Shown here: piece by piece, positions 47,895-57,560 of the stretch
Position numbering within the stretch: position 1 is the stretch's first letter
Layout: each line of letters starts with the position of its first letter
Virus record (IMG/VR): IMGVR_UViG_3300025362_000477
Origin: a virus
Taxonomy: Duplodnaviria; Caudoviricetes
Reading direction: 5' to 3' (one strand)
Length of the DNA: 64,000 nt
Made by a program: the position numbers and the translations under genes
The notes under the pieces: generated by a model
The model's database searches: none
The model's input: the letters and a program-made list of their open reading frames with translations, nothing else
What the model was told of the DNA's origin: nothing

Positions 47895-48755
47895 TTAATG
47901 TTCCTCAACTTGTTTGTTTAATTTAAGTGGGATTATTTCTCCCGCTTCAGTTCCTAGTATATATGAATTACTATCGACTTTTGAAGTTGTGCTAGATGAT
48001 TGTTCATCTTCAACTTCTTTATCATTTATATAATCTGAAATTCTTTGATATTTAGCATCTCTATACTGACCAAATAATACTAAGGCAGTTTCATCATGCA
48101 ATAAATCATCAAATTCATCATCATCTATAATATCATATTCGTCGTCGTCATCTAACTCAAAATTTGAAATATCTAAATCATCCGTACTCGACTCAAATAT
48201 CTTATCTAACCCTTTATCTATTTTATCATCTATAGCTCTTGATCTTGTTAGGAGTGTATCTGAACACCCTTCTGCAAAAGATCTCCATTGTTTAAATTTT
48301 CCACCTGATTCTTTCTGATGTTTGGACGATAATTTAGTAATTGATTTTCTTAGGAAATTAAATAATTCAGATGCAGTTAATACATCTAAAGGATCCCCTA
48401 TAAAAATAATCTTCAATTCCGAATAAACATTTCCTTCTCTAGGTGTTCTCTTTATCAATGTCTTTGTTTGTGTTATTCTATTCACTGCCTTGATGAGATC
48501 CATCATCCACAGAGGAACAACATTTGCCTTAAATGATACACTTTCATATTCTTTAACTTCTAATAGATCAGAACTTCCTTCATTACCAGAATCCAATGCC
48601 AATACTTGACTCATTGATAGATGATGCTTTCTTAAAAGTTTCTGAGCCAATGCCATTGCATTAGCAGTTTCACCTATTGCCGCATTCGAACTTTCGTCAG
48701 CAACAGATAATAACTTCTGAATTTTCTGCAACACCGTATTATTTACATCGGTCAT
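47895..48755 (-). CDS. DUF2786-family protein
   Basis: LQKIQKLLSVA...EtanAMALAQKLLRKHHL signature. Confidence 0.75.
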   Translation of the reverse strand: MTDVNNTVLQKIQKLLSVADESSNAAIGETANAMALAQKLLRKHHLSMSQVLALDSGNEGSSDLLEVKEYESVSFKANVVPLWMMDLIKAVNRITQTKTLIKRTPREGNVYSELKIIFIGDPLDVLTASELFNFLRKSITKLSSKHQKESGGKFKQWRSFAEGCSDTLLTRSRAIDDKIDKGLDKIFESSTDDLDISNFELDDDDEYDIIDDDEFDDLLHDETALVLFGQYRDAKYQRISDYINDKEVEDEQSSSTTSKVDSNSYILGTEAGEIIPLKLNKQVEEH

Positions 48756-48970
48756 ATTTCGGCCTTATATAATAATGAATCCCGAACACTTGAACTTTGC
48801 ATTAAATGCTTCTGGAACTTTCGTCCTTCATCAAATGCAGCTTGAAACTTTATCTGTAATAAATTATATACTTCTGATTCTTCTTTATTTAAATTAACGC
48901 TATCTTCAACTGCTTTTATTATAGTTTCAGTATCATCAGATACGTCATAGACAATTTGGAGTTTTGCCAT
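48752..48970 (-). CDS. Hypothetical protein
   Basis: 72 aa with AGGAG RBS. Confidence 0.6.
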   Translation of the reverse strand: MAKLQIVYDVSDDTETIIKAVEDSVNLNKEESEVYNLLQIKFQAAFDEGRKFQKHLMQSSSVRDSLLYKAEI

Positions 48971-48992
48971 ATAATCTCCTGTATAAAACTAT

Positions 48993-49667
48993 TTAACTTA
49001 TAACCATTCCATATATAAATTGTTGTGTAACTTTATTCCATGGTATGATGGCAAACCCATGAATCCCCCAACCACTTCCCCAACTATTCTGAATATAAAC
49101 TCCAATTGAATCATATCCACAAACCAATACAGCATGACCGCCGAGTTGTGCTGGAAATTCTATATCACCAATTCTTCCTTTTTTATCAACTCGATTCCAT
49201 TCATCAGTAATCATAAATCCAGCAACAAATGTTGTATGGGTATGAATGCAGAACTTAATAGAATCAATACTCTTCTTAACAAACTGTAAATTCCCCTTTA
49301 TCAACTTTAGATTTATAGCAGCTGTTCCAGTATACTCCAAACTAGTACCTGGGTTATCATTCCCTTCTATTTTCTTTGCTTCTTTATATATTGCATCACC
49401 ATCCAATTGTTCTGGATAATGTTTTTCTTTCCAATTCTTCACCTCAATCATCCCAGCAGTCGAGAATCCAGCACAATGAGGTGTTGATAATTGATTACTT
49501 GTTTTTATACACATATCTCTAAAATCTAATTTTATTGGTGCTATAAAATTAGATGGACTAGTAAAACTATTTTTCGCTGTTGCTAATGGACGATTTAATA
49601 TTAATCCCCCACCCGAAAAATTAGATGATTTAATCGGTATGAATTTTTTAATTATGAATCCGAACAC
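48993..49667 (-). CDS. Papain-like (C1) cysteine peptidase
   Basis: NQ..TPHCAGFS, GGHAVLVCGYD, QNSWGSGWG. Probable GTG start at 49667 after AGGAG. Confidence 0.82.
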   Translation of the reverse strand: MFGFIIKKFIPIKSSNFSGGGLILNRPLATAKNSFTSPSNFIAPIKLDFRDMCIKTSNQLSTPHCAGFSTAGMIEVKNWKEKHYPEQLDGDAIYKEAKKIEGNDNPGTSLEYTGTAAINLKLIKGNLQFVKKSIDSIKFCIHTHTTFVAGFMITDEWNRVDKKGRIGDIEFPAQLGGHAVLVCGYDSIGVYIQNSWGSGWGIHGFAIIPWNKVTQQFIYGMVIS

Positions 49668-49824
49668 TGCAATCTCCTGTAAATATTTTGTTTGTTTTCC
49701 ACCATGGATTATAATCTTCAAAATTATCATCGTTCAATTGAGGATTAATATTATCTAATGGTGGTGTTGGTGTAAATTGACATGATGAACATACCAATAA
49801 TAAACTTAATATAATTATTTTCAT
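49648..49824 (-). CDS. Small secreted or lipoprotein-like peptide, 58 aa
   Basis: Not in track. MKIIILSLLLVCSSCQFTPTPP...; AGGAG RBS. Confidence 0.5.
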   Translation of the reverse strand: MKIIILSLLLVCSSCQFTPTPPLDNINPQLNDDNFEDYNPWWKTNKIFTGDCSVRIHN

Positions 49825-49927
49825 ATAGATCTCCTTTTAATTTTTTCCGATGAAAAAAGATTAAATGTAAATATAATCGTTTTGGAATTCCTCAAGTTCT
49901 CATCTATAGAATAGGGAACTAAATAAT

Positions 49928-50641
49928 ATGAAAGCTATACATAATTTTTTAAACGAGTCGTTTCCAAATAATCCTTTTGATGTAATCATCAAAAATAAAT
50001 ACTATCCCCAAGGTTTGCGAGAGATTGATGTTTATGATTATTATATCCATAATAAAGATAACATCTTGAAATGGATCGGAAATCGTCAAGTCGCATTTAG
50101 AATCAGAGTCAATGAATCAAGTTCAGTCATAAGACGTAAAATTAATGGGAAACCAATTTATCTTACTAAATCTAATTTTGAACAAATCATACATGGTCGA
50201 GTTAATTCAATATATGTTGAACAACCAAAAATGACAAATTACTTTGTAATTGATATTGATCTGGGATCTAATCTAACAATGAAACATGCTATTGAAACTT
50301 CAAAAATTCTAATGTCAGAGTTCCATGGAAAATATGAATTGATCATGTCTAGTGATAAAGGTTTACATTATATTGGCCAAGTAAATAAAACTCAAAATAT
50401 AAACATTCTCCGATTAAAGATCCAACTTCTCTTAGAAGATAAAGTTGAATCTTTAAACGGAGAATCTAAAATAATATATACAGTCAATCGAAAAAATCGA
50501 AAGGTAAATACAATAAATTTTGATTTATCACCAATGTATGATAGATCTTTACATATAGCAAAGTATTCATTGACCAAGGAATTTTTAATTTCTGATGATC
50601 CTAAAAATGGACTTAAAAGGGTGAAAAGGAACAAGTCTTAG
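49928..50641 (+). CDS. Stand-alone LigD polymerase/primase (AEP)-like protein
   Basis: DVYDYY..ILKWIGNRQVAFR, FVIDIDLG, SSDKGLH, KYSL match the LigD-Pol layout. Only convincing plus-strand gene. Confidence 0.65.
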   Translation: MKAIHNFLNESFPNNPFDVIIKNKYYPQGLREIDVYDYYIHNKDNILKWIGNRQVAFRIRVNESSSVIRRKINGKPIYLTKSNFEQIIHGRVNSIYVEQPKMTNYFVIDIDLGSNLTMKHAIETSKILMSEFHGKYELIMSSDKGLHYIGQVNKTQNINILRLKIQLLLEDKVESLNGESKIIYTVNRKNRKVNTINFDLSPMYDRSLHIAKYSLTKEFLISDDPKNGLKRVKRNKS

Positions 50642-50685
50642 TATTTAGCCTTATCCACATTCCACCCTCTTTAAAGAACCATAAA

Positions 50686-51291
50686 CTATTCTTTTTCTAT
50701 CTCTACAGTAACCTCTTCCATAACTACATGGTGCCAAGGACAATATTTTTTACCATCAGCTCCAGCTACATAATAATTGAATAACCATGGTTTATCTCTT
50801 GGTCTATCATTACATTTAGGGCATTTATAATTAATACCTGGTTCTGCCTTGATATGACCTTTCTTGATTAATGGTTCATCGCCTCTCAAACTATGAAAGT
50901 CACCATCACTCATTCGTCCAATACATGAATCATCGTCACCATAATCTTCACCTCCACCCTGATGGATAACATATGTATATTTTGGCCAACATGAATCCCA
51001 ATCATGATTCCATGATGTTGAAATTAATATGTCATCACCATCAATACAGATATAAGTATCATAGTTACATGATGGGAATACAACTCCAGCTTCGCCAGAT
51101 TGTACATCTGCTAAATTACATAATATTTTTAATCTATCATTTTTCTTCTGTGCCTCATCTGTCATCTTACCAGTTTCGTCATCAGACATAACCAGTTTAT
51201 GCATAGCTAATGCTACTGCTTCAATAGAGCTCCCTCTGATAATGAAGCTACTAGATGAGCTATTACTCACAAAACCTCTCCTATCTTTCAT
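50686..51291 (-). CDS. SNSSS-leader family protein 5 (C-terminal zinc ribbon)
   Basis: MKDRRGFVSNSSSSSFII; CPKC...CPWH; GGAGG RBS. Confidence 0.82.
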   Translation of the reverse strand: MKDRRGFVSNSSSSSFIIRGSSIEAVALAMHKLVMSDDETGKMTDEAQKKNDRLKILCNLADVQSGEAGVVFPSCNYDTYICIDGDDILISTSWNHDWDSCWPKYTYVIHQGGGEDYGDDDSCIGRMSDGDFHSLRGDEPLIKKGHIKAEPGINYKCPKCNDRPRDKPWLFNYYVAGADGKKYCPWHHVVMEEVTVEIEKE

Positions 51292-51300
51292 TTTTCCTCC

Positions 51301-51978
51301 TTAATGATGGCTAATTTGTATATGTTCTAATCGATTAAATATACCACCATGTTCTAATAGAGTTTGACAATCATCACTATATTCAACTATGCCATACCAC
51401 CAATCTTTATGCTCGTCGATAAATTCCTGAGCTTTAATCTCTGCAACTTTGTCAACTTCGATCTGAATGATATCCATCATAGGCCATGTTTCAGCGTATT
51501 CAGCCTGCTCTAATATTTTCAATTCCTTTTGTATATCAGGGTCATCAATATCCCACCTGCGAGATATCCCTTTTGATTTTAAGAATTTTCCGATTTTCTT
51601 TTTGTGTTTTATTTCACTTTCAGCTTTGGCTTTAATAGCATCAATCATACCTTCACTGATGCTAAGAAAATCAATATCATTATTGGTATTATGATCACAT
51701 ATAAATTGCTTTTCTAATTTATATGCAGTCCAACCAATCTCAGTTGATAATAGTTTTGCTAATCTTTTTTTGGTAGTTTTGCAAACCCCTTTAAAGTCGC
51801 GATATACAGTATCTGAAATTTCATCATGAGACATTGATTTTTGATAACATTCTAATATTCCATCTTTACCATTAAACAATCTCTTTTTCATTTCTTTTAC
51901 TGATTGAGGCTTTTTTGGGAAAACTACTATAAATGAGCTACTTGAACTATTACTTACAAATCCTTCTCTATGTTTCAT
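51301..51978 (-). CDS. SNSSS-leader family protein 6
   Basis: MKHREGFVSNSSSSSFIV. Confidence 0.82.
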   Translation of the reverse strand: MKHREGFVSNSSSSSFIVVFPKKPQSVKEMKKRLFNGKDGILECYQKSMSHDEISDTVYRDFKGVCKTTKKRLAKLLSTEIGWTAYKLEKQFICDHNTNNDIDFLSISEGMIDAIKAKAESEIKHKKKIGKFLKSKGISRRWDIDDPDIQKELKILEQAEYAETWPMMDIIQIEVDKVAEIKAQEFIDEHKDWWYGIVEYSDDCQTLLEHGGIFNRLEHIQISHH

Positions 51979-51980
51979 TA

Positions 51981-52298
51981 TTAATGATCCATTTTAAAAC
52001 TGATTAATTTTTCATCATTACTCACTTGTAATGCGGTTAATAGATACGCCATAGATTCTGGAATATCACGGATATCATTATACATTGATGTCCACATCTG
52101 AGTAAGATATACTCCTGGTGCTCCATCCTTGGAGGTTTTAGATATAAGTTTATTTATCATACTTTGGGTTTCGCCATCGCCCCAAGAATCAAACATCTTG
52201 GTTAAAGTACTTTTAAGATCATTATTTTCATCCCCATACCAATAACATATAAAACTAGCACTACTTGAATTACTTACGAAACCATTTCTCTGTTTCAT
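51981..52298 (-). CDS. SNSSS-leader family protein 7
   Basis: ATG 52298 (ATGA overlap); MKQRNGFVSNSSSASFIC. Confidence 0.82.
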   Translation of the reverse strand: MKQRNGFVSNSSSASFICYWYGDENNDLKSTLTKMFDSWGDGETQSMINKLISKTSKDGAPGVYLTQMWTSMYNDIRDIPESMAYLLTALQVSNDEKLISFKMDH

Positions 52299-52651
52299 CT
52301 CAGACTCTCCTTGAATTCCCATTCCCAGTTCTTTGATTTTCCACCAGATCGTAGTATATAATCATATACCATACCGATAAAATCACCATCCTCATCTCCG
52401 AAAGAAATAGTTTTTTTACTATTCTTTGGAAATGTATAGTAGCATCCACGACCACCATTATTGATTCGTTCCTCTGCCGAAATCAATATCTGACCAAGAG
52501 TATAATCAGCATTATACTCTTGATTAAAATCTTTAACTAATTGTGGATTTTCTATTACAAAATCCGCAATAGTTAAAGGTCCATCAGATGTATTTTTGAT
52601 GACGAAGCTACTTGAACTTGAATTACTTACAAATCCATGTCTACTTTTCAT
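52295..52651 (-). CDS. SNSSS-leader family protein 8
   Basis: MKSRHGFVSNSSSSSFVI. Confidence 0.82.
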   Translation of the reverse strand: MKSRHGFVSNSSSSSFVIKNTSDGPLTIADFVIENPQLVKDFNQEYNADYTLGQILISAEERINNGGRGCYYTFPKNSKKTISFGDEDGDFIGMVYDYILRSGGKSKNWEWEFKESLR

Positions 52652-53083
52652 TTAACATCCTTCTTCTCGAATAATAATCAATCTGTTTTCTTTCTGCATG
52701 GAATCGATTACGTTAACTAACATATCATTATAGTTATCAACATAACATTTTACAAAAATCCAATTAGGATGATTATCCGAAACTTTTGTAATATCGTCTA
52801 TAAGTTTCTGTTTTTCATCAATTATAACTTTTGCTCTTTCTGTATTCCCTGAATCAATTGCCCATCTAGTATCATAAGTCTCATCAAGTTTTCGTATAAC
52901 TTCCGGAATACCTTCACAGTCTAATTCAGTATTATTAAATGTCCTTTCACACCGTTCAATGAATTCGAGTAAGTCAGGATCTTTTCTCCCACACGCAGGA
53001 CAAGCATCGGACTCATTAGATTCAAAAGCAATAATAAAACTACTTGAGCTTGAATTACTTACTAATGATTTTCGTATTTTCAT
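52652..53083 (-). CDS. SNSSS-leader family protein 9
   Basis: MKIRKSLVSNSSSSSFII; internal CPACG. Confidence 0.82.
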   Translation of the reverse strand: MKIRKSLVSNSSSSSFIIAFESNESDACPACGRKDPDLLEFIERCERTFNNTELDCEGIPEVIRKLDETYDTRWAIDSGNTERAKVIIDEKQKLIDDITKVSDNHPNWIFVKCYVDNYNDMLVNVIDSMQKENRLIIIREEGC

Positions 53084-53199
53084 CTATATCATACCCTTTA
53101 TTATTTCGTTTACATGTACTCTTATATCATATGAAGAATTAATCATTAGTACCAAGAGTCAAATAATATTTTTTTGATTTTTTGCTAACATTCTATATC

Positions 53200-54411
53200 C
53201 TATTCATTAATTACGGGAAATGTCGGACATTTTCTACACCCGTCAATCATCCCAGAAATCAATTCATTTCGAAAATTAGAAACAGTATCTGAATACCATA
53301 ATTCTTTAAGAAAATCATCAATAGCTAATACATCAACACATTCTTTATTAGGTTCACCTTCTGTAAAAGAACAATGCCAATATTCACCATAAACATTAAT
53401 ATAGGATGAGAAAATATCCGATTCACAAGATTCACTTGCTTCTATAAACTTTTTTGATACCTCTTTTGGGAGATCCATTCCTTTAACTGCTGCTTCAAAC
53501 TTTGGAGCACTACAACTATCAAAACCAAAATTAAATCCTTTATCCAAACAATATTTAACTAATTCAGCATATTGTGTTTTAGTAAGAGAATGAAAATGAC
53601 CGGCAGCTCTACCTTTCGGTTTCACTCCTAAAAATACAATTGCATGCATATCTTTTAGACGTTCATCATTCATCCGATCTTCAAGAACTTCATATACAAA
53701 TTTAAGAGTTTCTTGACTAACCATCAAATGAATATTTACTTGATCCATACCAAGAGAAGTAAACTTCTTAATAGCATTATAACATACATTTTTATCAGAT
53801 TCATACGCCGACACGGCTAGGGCCCCAGAAATTTTCGCAACCTTCTCAGCAATAGCATCAGTAAGATCAGCACCAGACAATGTGAAATTAGGAACAATCC
53901 CAATTTCACGGCAATATTCCATCATAGGAATGAAATCAGGATTCGTTTGAATCCCAGTAATACCAAATGCCACCTGAGTCAAAGTCCTTGGTATTTTATT
54001 AATAATTGTCTTAAAAGTTTCAAGAGTCATATTAGTTGCTGGGGCATTCGTATTATTTTTATAACAAAATTTACAATTTTCTCCTTTAATTTTAGGACAT
54101 CCATTAATTGAGATTTCAATATCAAGAATTTCTGGACCAATAGGTGAATACAATGGATCATCATCAATTGTCTTACCCCAACGTTGAAAATATCCAGTCT
54201 CTTTGATAAATATGTAATTGTAATCATATCCAATTACTAATTTAGCTCGACTTGAATCAACCATGATATACCATTGATCATTAATTAAAAATCGACGTCG
54301 ATCTACGAAAGCACCATTTTCTTTTTCATCTTTAGTAATTTGAGCCAATAAATTCAACTGCGGCTCATAGCTAATATTTTCTAACATTCTCTTCAAATCA
54401 AAGTGTGGCAT
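53200..54411 (-). CDS. Radical SAM enzyme with SPASM/twitch-like C-terminus
   Basis: CPKIKGENCKFC (CX7CX2C), VAFGITG, C-X12-G-X4-C (CESD...GEYWHC) and terminal CRKC. Confidence 0.85.
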   Translation of the reverse strand: MPHFDLKRMLENISYEPQLNLLAQITKDEKENGAFVDRRRFLINDQWYIMVDSSRAKLVIGYDYNYIFIKETGYFQRWGKTIDDDPLYSPIGPEILDIEISINGCPKIKGENCKFCYKNNTNAPATNMTLETFKTIINKIPRTLTQVAFGITGIQTNPDFIPMMEYCREIGIVPNFTLSGADLTDAIAEKVAKISGALAVSAYESDKNVCYNAIKKFTSLGMDQVNIHLMVSQETLKFVYEVLEDRMNDERLKDMHAIVFLGVKPKGRAAGHFHSLTKTQYAELVKYCLDKGFNFGFDSCSAPKFEAAVKGMDLPKEVSKKFIEASESCESDIFSSYINVYGEYWHCSFTEGEPNKECVDVLAIDDFLKELWYSDTVSNFRNELISGMIDGCRKCPTFPVINE

Positions 54412-54458
54412 AAATTTCTCCTAAAAGAAAAAAGATTTTTATTAAGTGAGAGGCGTGA

Positions 54459-54506
54459 AAAAACCCAAACCGCATCATCTAGTAGAATAATACGATTTGG
54501 GTTTTT
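54459..54506. repeat. Inverted repeat upstream of the radical SAM gene
   Basis: AAAAACCCAAA...TTTGGGTTTTT. Confidence 0.5.
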
Positions 54507-54526
54507 ATAAACTAAACAATCAATTC

Positions 54527-55561
54527 TTATTTAGCAATTGTAATTGGGATGATCGGCATTGCTCCACCGCCACCACCAGACTGAACCATAGGAACGTCAC
54601 CATTCCATTTTCCAATCTTCATTTTTTCAACTTCCAGCTCCAGCAATTTAAGATACCCCTCACCACCAGCAGAAATGGCTTTTGCTTTTGAGGTTATCTC
54701 ATATGCTTCGGCATCAGCTTTTAGTTGGCGTTTGGCAGCGTCATTAGCCTCGATACTCAGATCCAGTTGATTCTGTTTGATCTGTGCAAGGGCGGCAGCT
54801 TCAGTTTTCGCTTCCAATGTCTGACTAATAAAGACTTCATCGATAGCTTTCTGAATATCCGGATTATCATAAACCAATCCACCAATCAAACCGAGTGTAG
54901 GATCAATAGTAATTCCCAACAGTTTAAACTGTGGAATAATCGATGCCCGTATCGCTTCACTGATTTCCGGTTTATGATGCCTCAAATCCTGAACATCCCA
55001 CTCAGAACACTTAGTAGCGTATATTGCCTGACATGCATTAAAGATCTGATTATCAACTATCTCAGATAATCCCATAGAAGAAGATGCCGCAGTAGGGAAC
55101 CAATATAGATATGTTGCCGTATCTTCTTCAGTAACATATGATGTGATGGCAAAGCCAGAACTCACACCAACTGAATCCTTTGATTCGGCTTCCAAATCCT
55201 GAGCGATCGTTGATGTTCCAGAATCAGCAGAAGCAGTCCAACGCCTTGCTACCGGAGTACGACTAACTTTAATAAGTCGAGCATTCGGAATATAGATTCC
55301 AGAATTATATAACCGACCTGTCTTAAGCCATGTAACCGGGATAGTCACTCGTTTGGTTGCCACCTTTAATTTGTCCAGATGTTCAACGCTATCAAACTTA
55401 ACCTGTTTGGACGTATCACCTTCCAACGGGACCAAGAACGCGGTCTCGTTATTGTTTACCTCTTCAACTATAGGTTTCGGAAATGGCCTCCAGCATCCTG
55501 TGGTCATAAGCATGGTCATAAATAATATAATTAGAATTGAGAATTTTGAATAATTATTCAT
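54527..55561 (-). CDS. SPFH/band-7-like lipoprotein
   Basis: Signal and lipobox TTG-C, Ala/Glu coiled coil, KWNGDVP tail typical of phage SPFH proteins. Confidence 0.72.
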   Translation of the reverse strand: MNNYSKFSILIILFMTMLMTTGCWRPFPKPIVEEVNNNETAFLVPLEGDTSKQVKFDSVEHLDKLKVATKRVTIPVTWLKTGRLYNSGIYIPNARLIKVSRTPVARRWTASADSGTSTIAQDLEAESKDSVGVSSGFAITSYVTEEDTATYLYWFPTAASSSMGLSEIVDNQIFNACQAIYATKCSEWDVQDLRHHKPEISEAIRASIIPQFKLLGITIDPTLGLIGGLVYDNPDIQKAIDEVFISQTLEAKTEAAALAQIKQNQLDLSIEANDAAKRQLKADAEAYEITSKAKAISAGGEGYLKLLELEVEKMKIGKWNGDVPMVQSGGGGGAMPIIPITIAK

Positions 55562-55600
55562 ATTTTTTGTGTAGCCTTTGTTTTTAAAAAGAGATGACAA

Positions 55601-55924
55601 TTAATCTTCTTTTGGGTTTTTGTTTTGGTTTGTGGTTTTTTCTTCTTCTGTAAAAAATTTAAATGCTCGCACACCTTCACACGCGAAAATGATAAAGCAT
55701 AAAAATAAAGATGTTGGCCAAATATAATCCCTGACACTCGTCAAGAAACTATTTGTGCTATGCATGGCTACCATCTCAATGTCACCGCCATTCATTTGAG
55801 CTAGAGTAGTGTCATTTTGTAATGGCACTGTCCATTTGTCCCCCACGTGACTCATAGCAGAGGCCGCTATAACTATTATAATAATAATAAATAGCTTGGC
55901 CCAACTTGGTCTGAATTTCTTCAT
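55601..55924 (-). CDS. Two-TM membrane protein
   Basis: 107 aa, two hydrophobic segments, AAGGAG RBS. Confidence 0.65.
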   Translation of the reverse strand: MKKFRPSWAKLFIIIIIVIAASAMSHVGDKWTVPLQNDTTLAQMNGGDIEMVAMHSTNSFLTSVRDYIWPTSLFLCFIIFACEGVRAFKFFTEEEKTTNQNKNPKED

Positions 55925-56008
55925 CGTTTCATTTTACTCCTTTCGTAGTTTTAAGCAAAATTTCCTATTCACAATTTAATATATTTAATAAATATAATCC
56001 ATTCAAAC

Positions 56009-56716
56009 TTAAATTATTTGTTGAATGTCATCGTATAATAGGTGATATTTGCCCTGTGTTTTGTCATCATGAAAATGGCCAAAATACCATTCCTTGAATT
56101 TAAGATTTAATGCGATATGGTTCAAGTATTTAGCAACAGGACATGAGTTGATATTTTTATAATTTTTCATACCAAATCCAAATACAGGAATCACATCTTC
56201 TGGCATTGTGTGAGATATCACATAATCAACTTCCCATTTACATTTATCTAAATTTTCAATACCATAATCAAATTGAGCATAACTAGGGATTTCTTCTTCC
56301 CACCAACTAATTCCAGTTATTCGATATGCCCTATCCCAACTAGTTGCACCACCCATAACAAAGAATTTCTTGCCATGGATAGTGTAAACCTCACCGCGAC
56401 GTAAATGATAAATATTATCGTAAACCTTCCCAACTAACCCACCAAACATATGTTCAGTTGGAAGATTGTTTAAACGAGTATGACATTCATGATTTCCATC
56501 CACAAATAAAGTTGTCCATGGTTTCTTTTTACCATACCATTGTTTTAAATGTTTTTCATGAGAATCTTCAACATTAGACCATAATATACCCATATCACCG
56601 GCTACAATCAAATAATCATCACGGTCCAATTTTTTACCTTCGGGCCATTGCTTAGATGATAATTTTCTAATATCATGATCCCCATGTACATCCCCTGTCA
56701 CAAATACCTTATTCAT
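56009..56716 (-). CDS. Calcineurin-like metallophosphoesterase
   Basis: GDVHG, AGDMG, DGNHE, SH, GHFH. Confidence 0.9.
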   Translation of the reverse strand: MNKVFVTGDVHGDHDIRKLSSKQWPEGKKLDRDDYLIVAGDMGILWSNVEDSHEKHLKQWYGKKKPWTTLFVDGNHECHTRLNNLPTEHMFGGLVGKVYDNIYHLRRGEVYTIHGKKFFVMGGATSWDRAYRITGISWWEEEIPSYAQFDYGIENLDKCKWEVDYVISHTMPEDVIPVFGFGMKNYKNINSCPVAKYLNHIALNLKFKEWYFGHFHDDKTQGKYHLLYDDIQQII

Positions 56717-56732
56717 ATATCCACCACCTTTA

Positions 56733-57536
56733 TTAAAATGATTTACTTTCTAATAAACACCATCCATGATTTTTAAATTTCAATGGTATCGGGTGTCCAA
56801 TATATTTTGTTAATAAATCCATCCTAAGATCATGATCTATACAAAATTTCATTTTATTCTCTATAACGTCAAAAATAATCCCATATGGATCAGATAAGAT
56901 CCATCTTTTCCTATTTGGGTTTTTTAATCCATTAAAATCTGAATGATTATTTTTAATTCTTTCTCTAGTTTCTCTAGTTCTATGCTTCCCATATAATGGA
57001 TGATTTTCCCCTTTTAAAAGACCATACTTTTTAATAGTATGTGCTGCTTTTTTTGCTTTGTCCAATCTTTGTTCTTTTGTCATATTCGAGGAAGATCCGG
57101 GATTATTTTGACCACTACTCAATATTCTCTGACGATCCCGTCGCTCATCTGTCCATTTCCAACCGGATACACCATCACCGCCATCAGTCAAATTCACCAA
57201 TGGTCCTGTTTTTAAATCACACCGACCGATCATTCTAATAAATAATTTTTCAAGTTTAAAAGATTCAACTTCTGTTAAATTATCATATATGATGATATTA
57301 ATAATATTTAATTTATTTTTTTTGATTTTATTTATTTTTCTAACTTTATGTAAATTCGGATCTGATCGTAAATACCAATCCCTCATATGATCCTTAAATC
57401 TCCATCCTTGACCCTTCCCGATATAAAATGGCTCAAAATTAAAATTAATATCATCAACTATATCAACTACAGGCTTAGTTGGATCACATAACGCATAAAT
57501 GTAAAATCTTTCATGCGAAATTTTTGATCTACTCAT
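56733..57536 (-). mobile_element. GIY-YIG (LEM-3-like) homing endonuclease with NUMOD3
   Basis: FYIYALCDP...FYIGKG...R...H, ESFKLE, GPLVNLTDGGDG, HPLYGKHRTRETRERI. Confidence 0.8.
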
Positions 57537-57560
57537 TTTATTATCTTTTTAAATTAACAA

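Noticed and set aside
49648-49824. Frameshift joining the signal-peptide ORF to the C1 peptidase
   Set aside because: The peptidase has its own AGGAG-spaced GTG start at 49667, so two overlapping genes explain the sequence.
19126-53083. SNSSS motif as a DNA repeat, CRISPR-like array or DGR cassette
   Set aside because: Copies differ at synonymous positions including AGY/TCN swaps, always sit at codons 1-17, and no reverse transcriptase or cas gene is present.
53101-53165. Sigma70 promoter (TTGACT) ahead of the second SNSSS array
   Set aside because: No acceptable -10 hexamer at 16-18 nt spacing.
53200-54411. Radical SAM as QueE of the deazaguanine pathway
   Set aside because: At 403 aa with SPASM/twitch-type auxiliary cysteines and an N-terminal extension it does not fit the short QueE architecture; not formally excluded without an HMM search.
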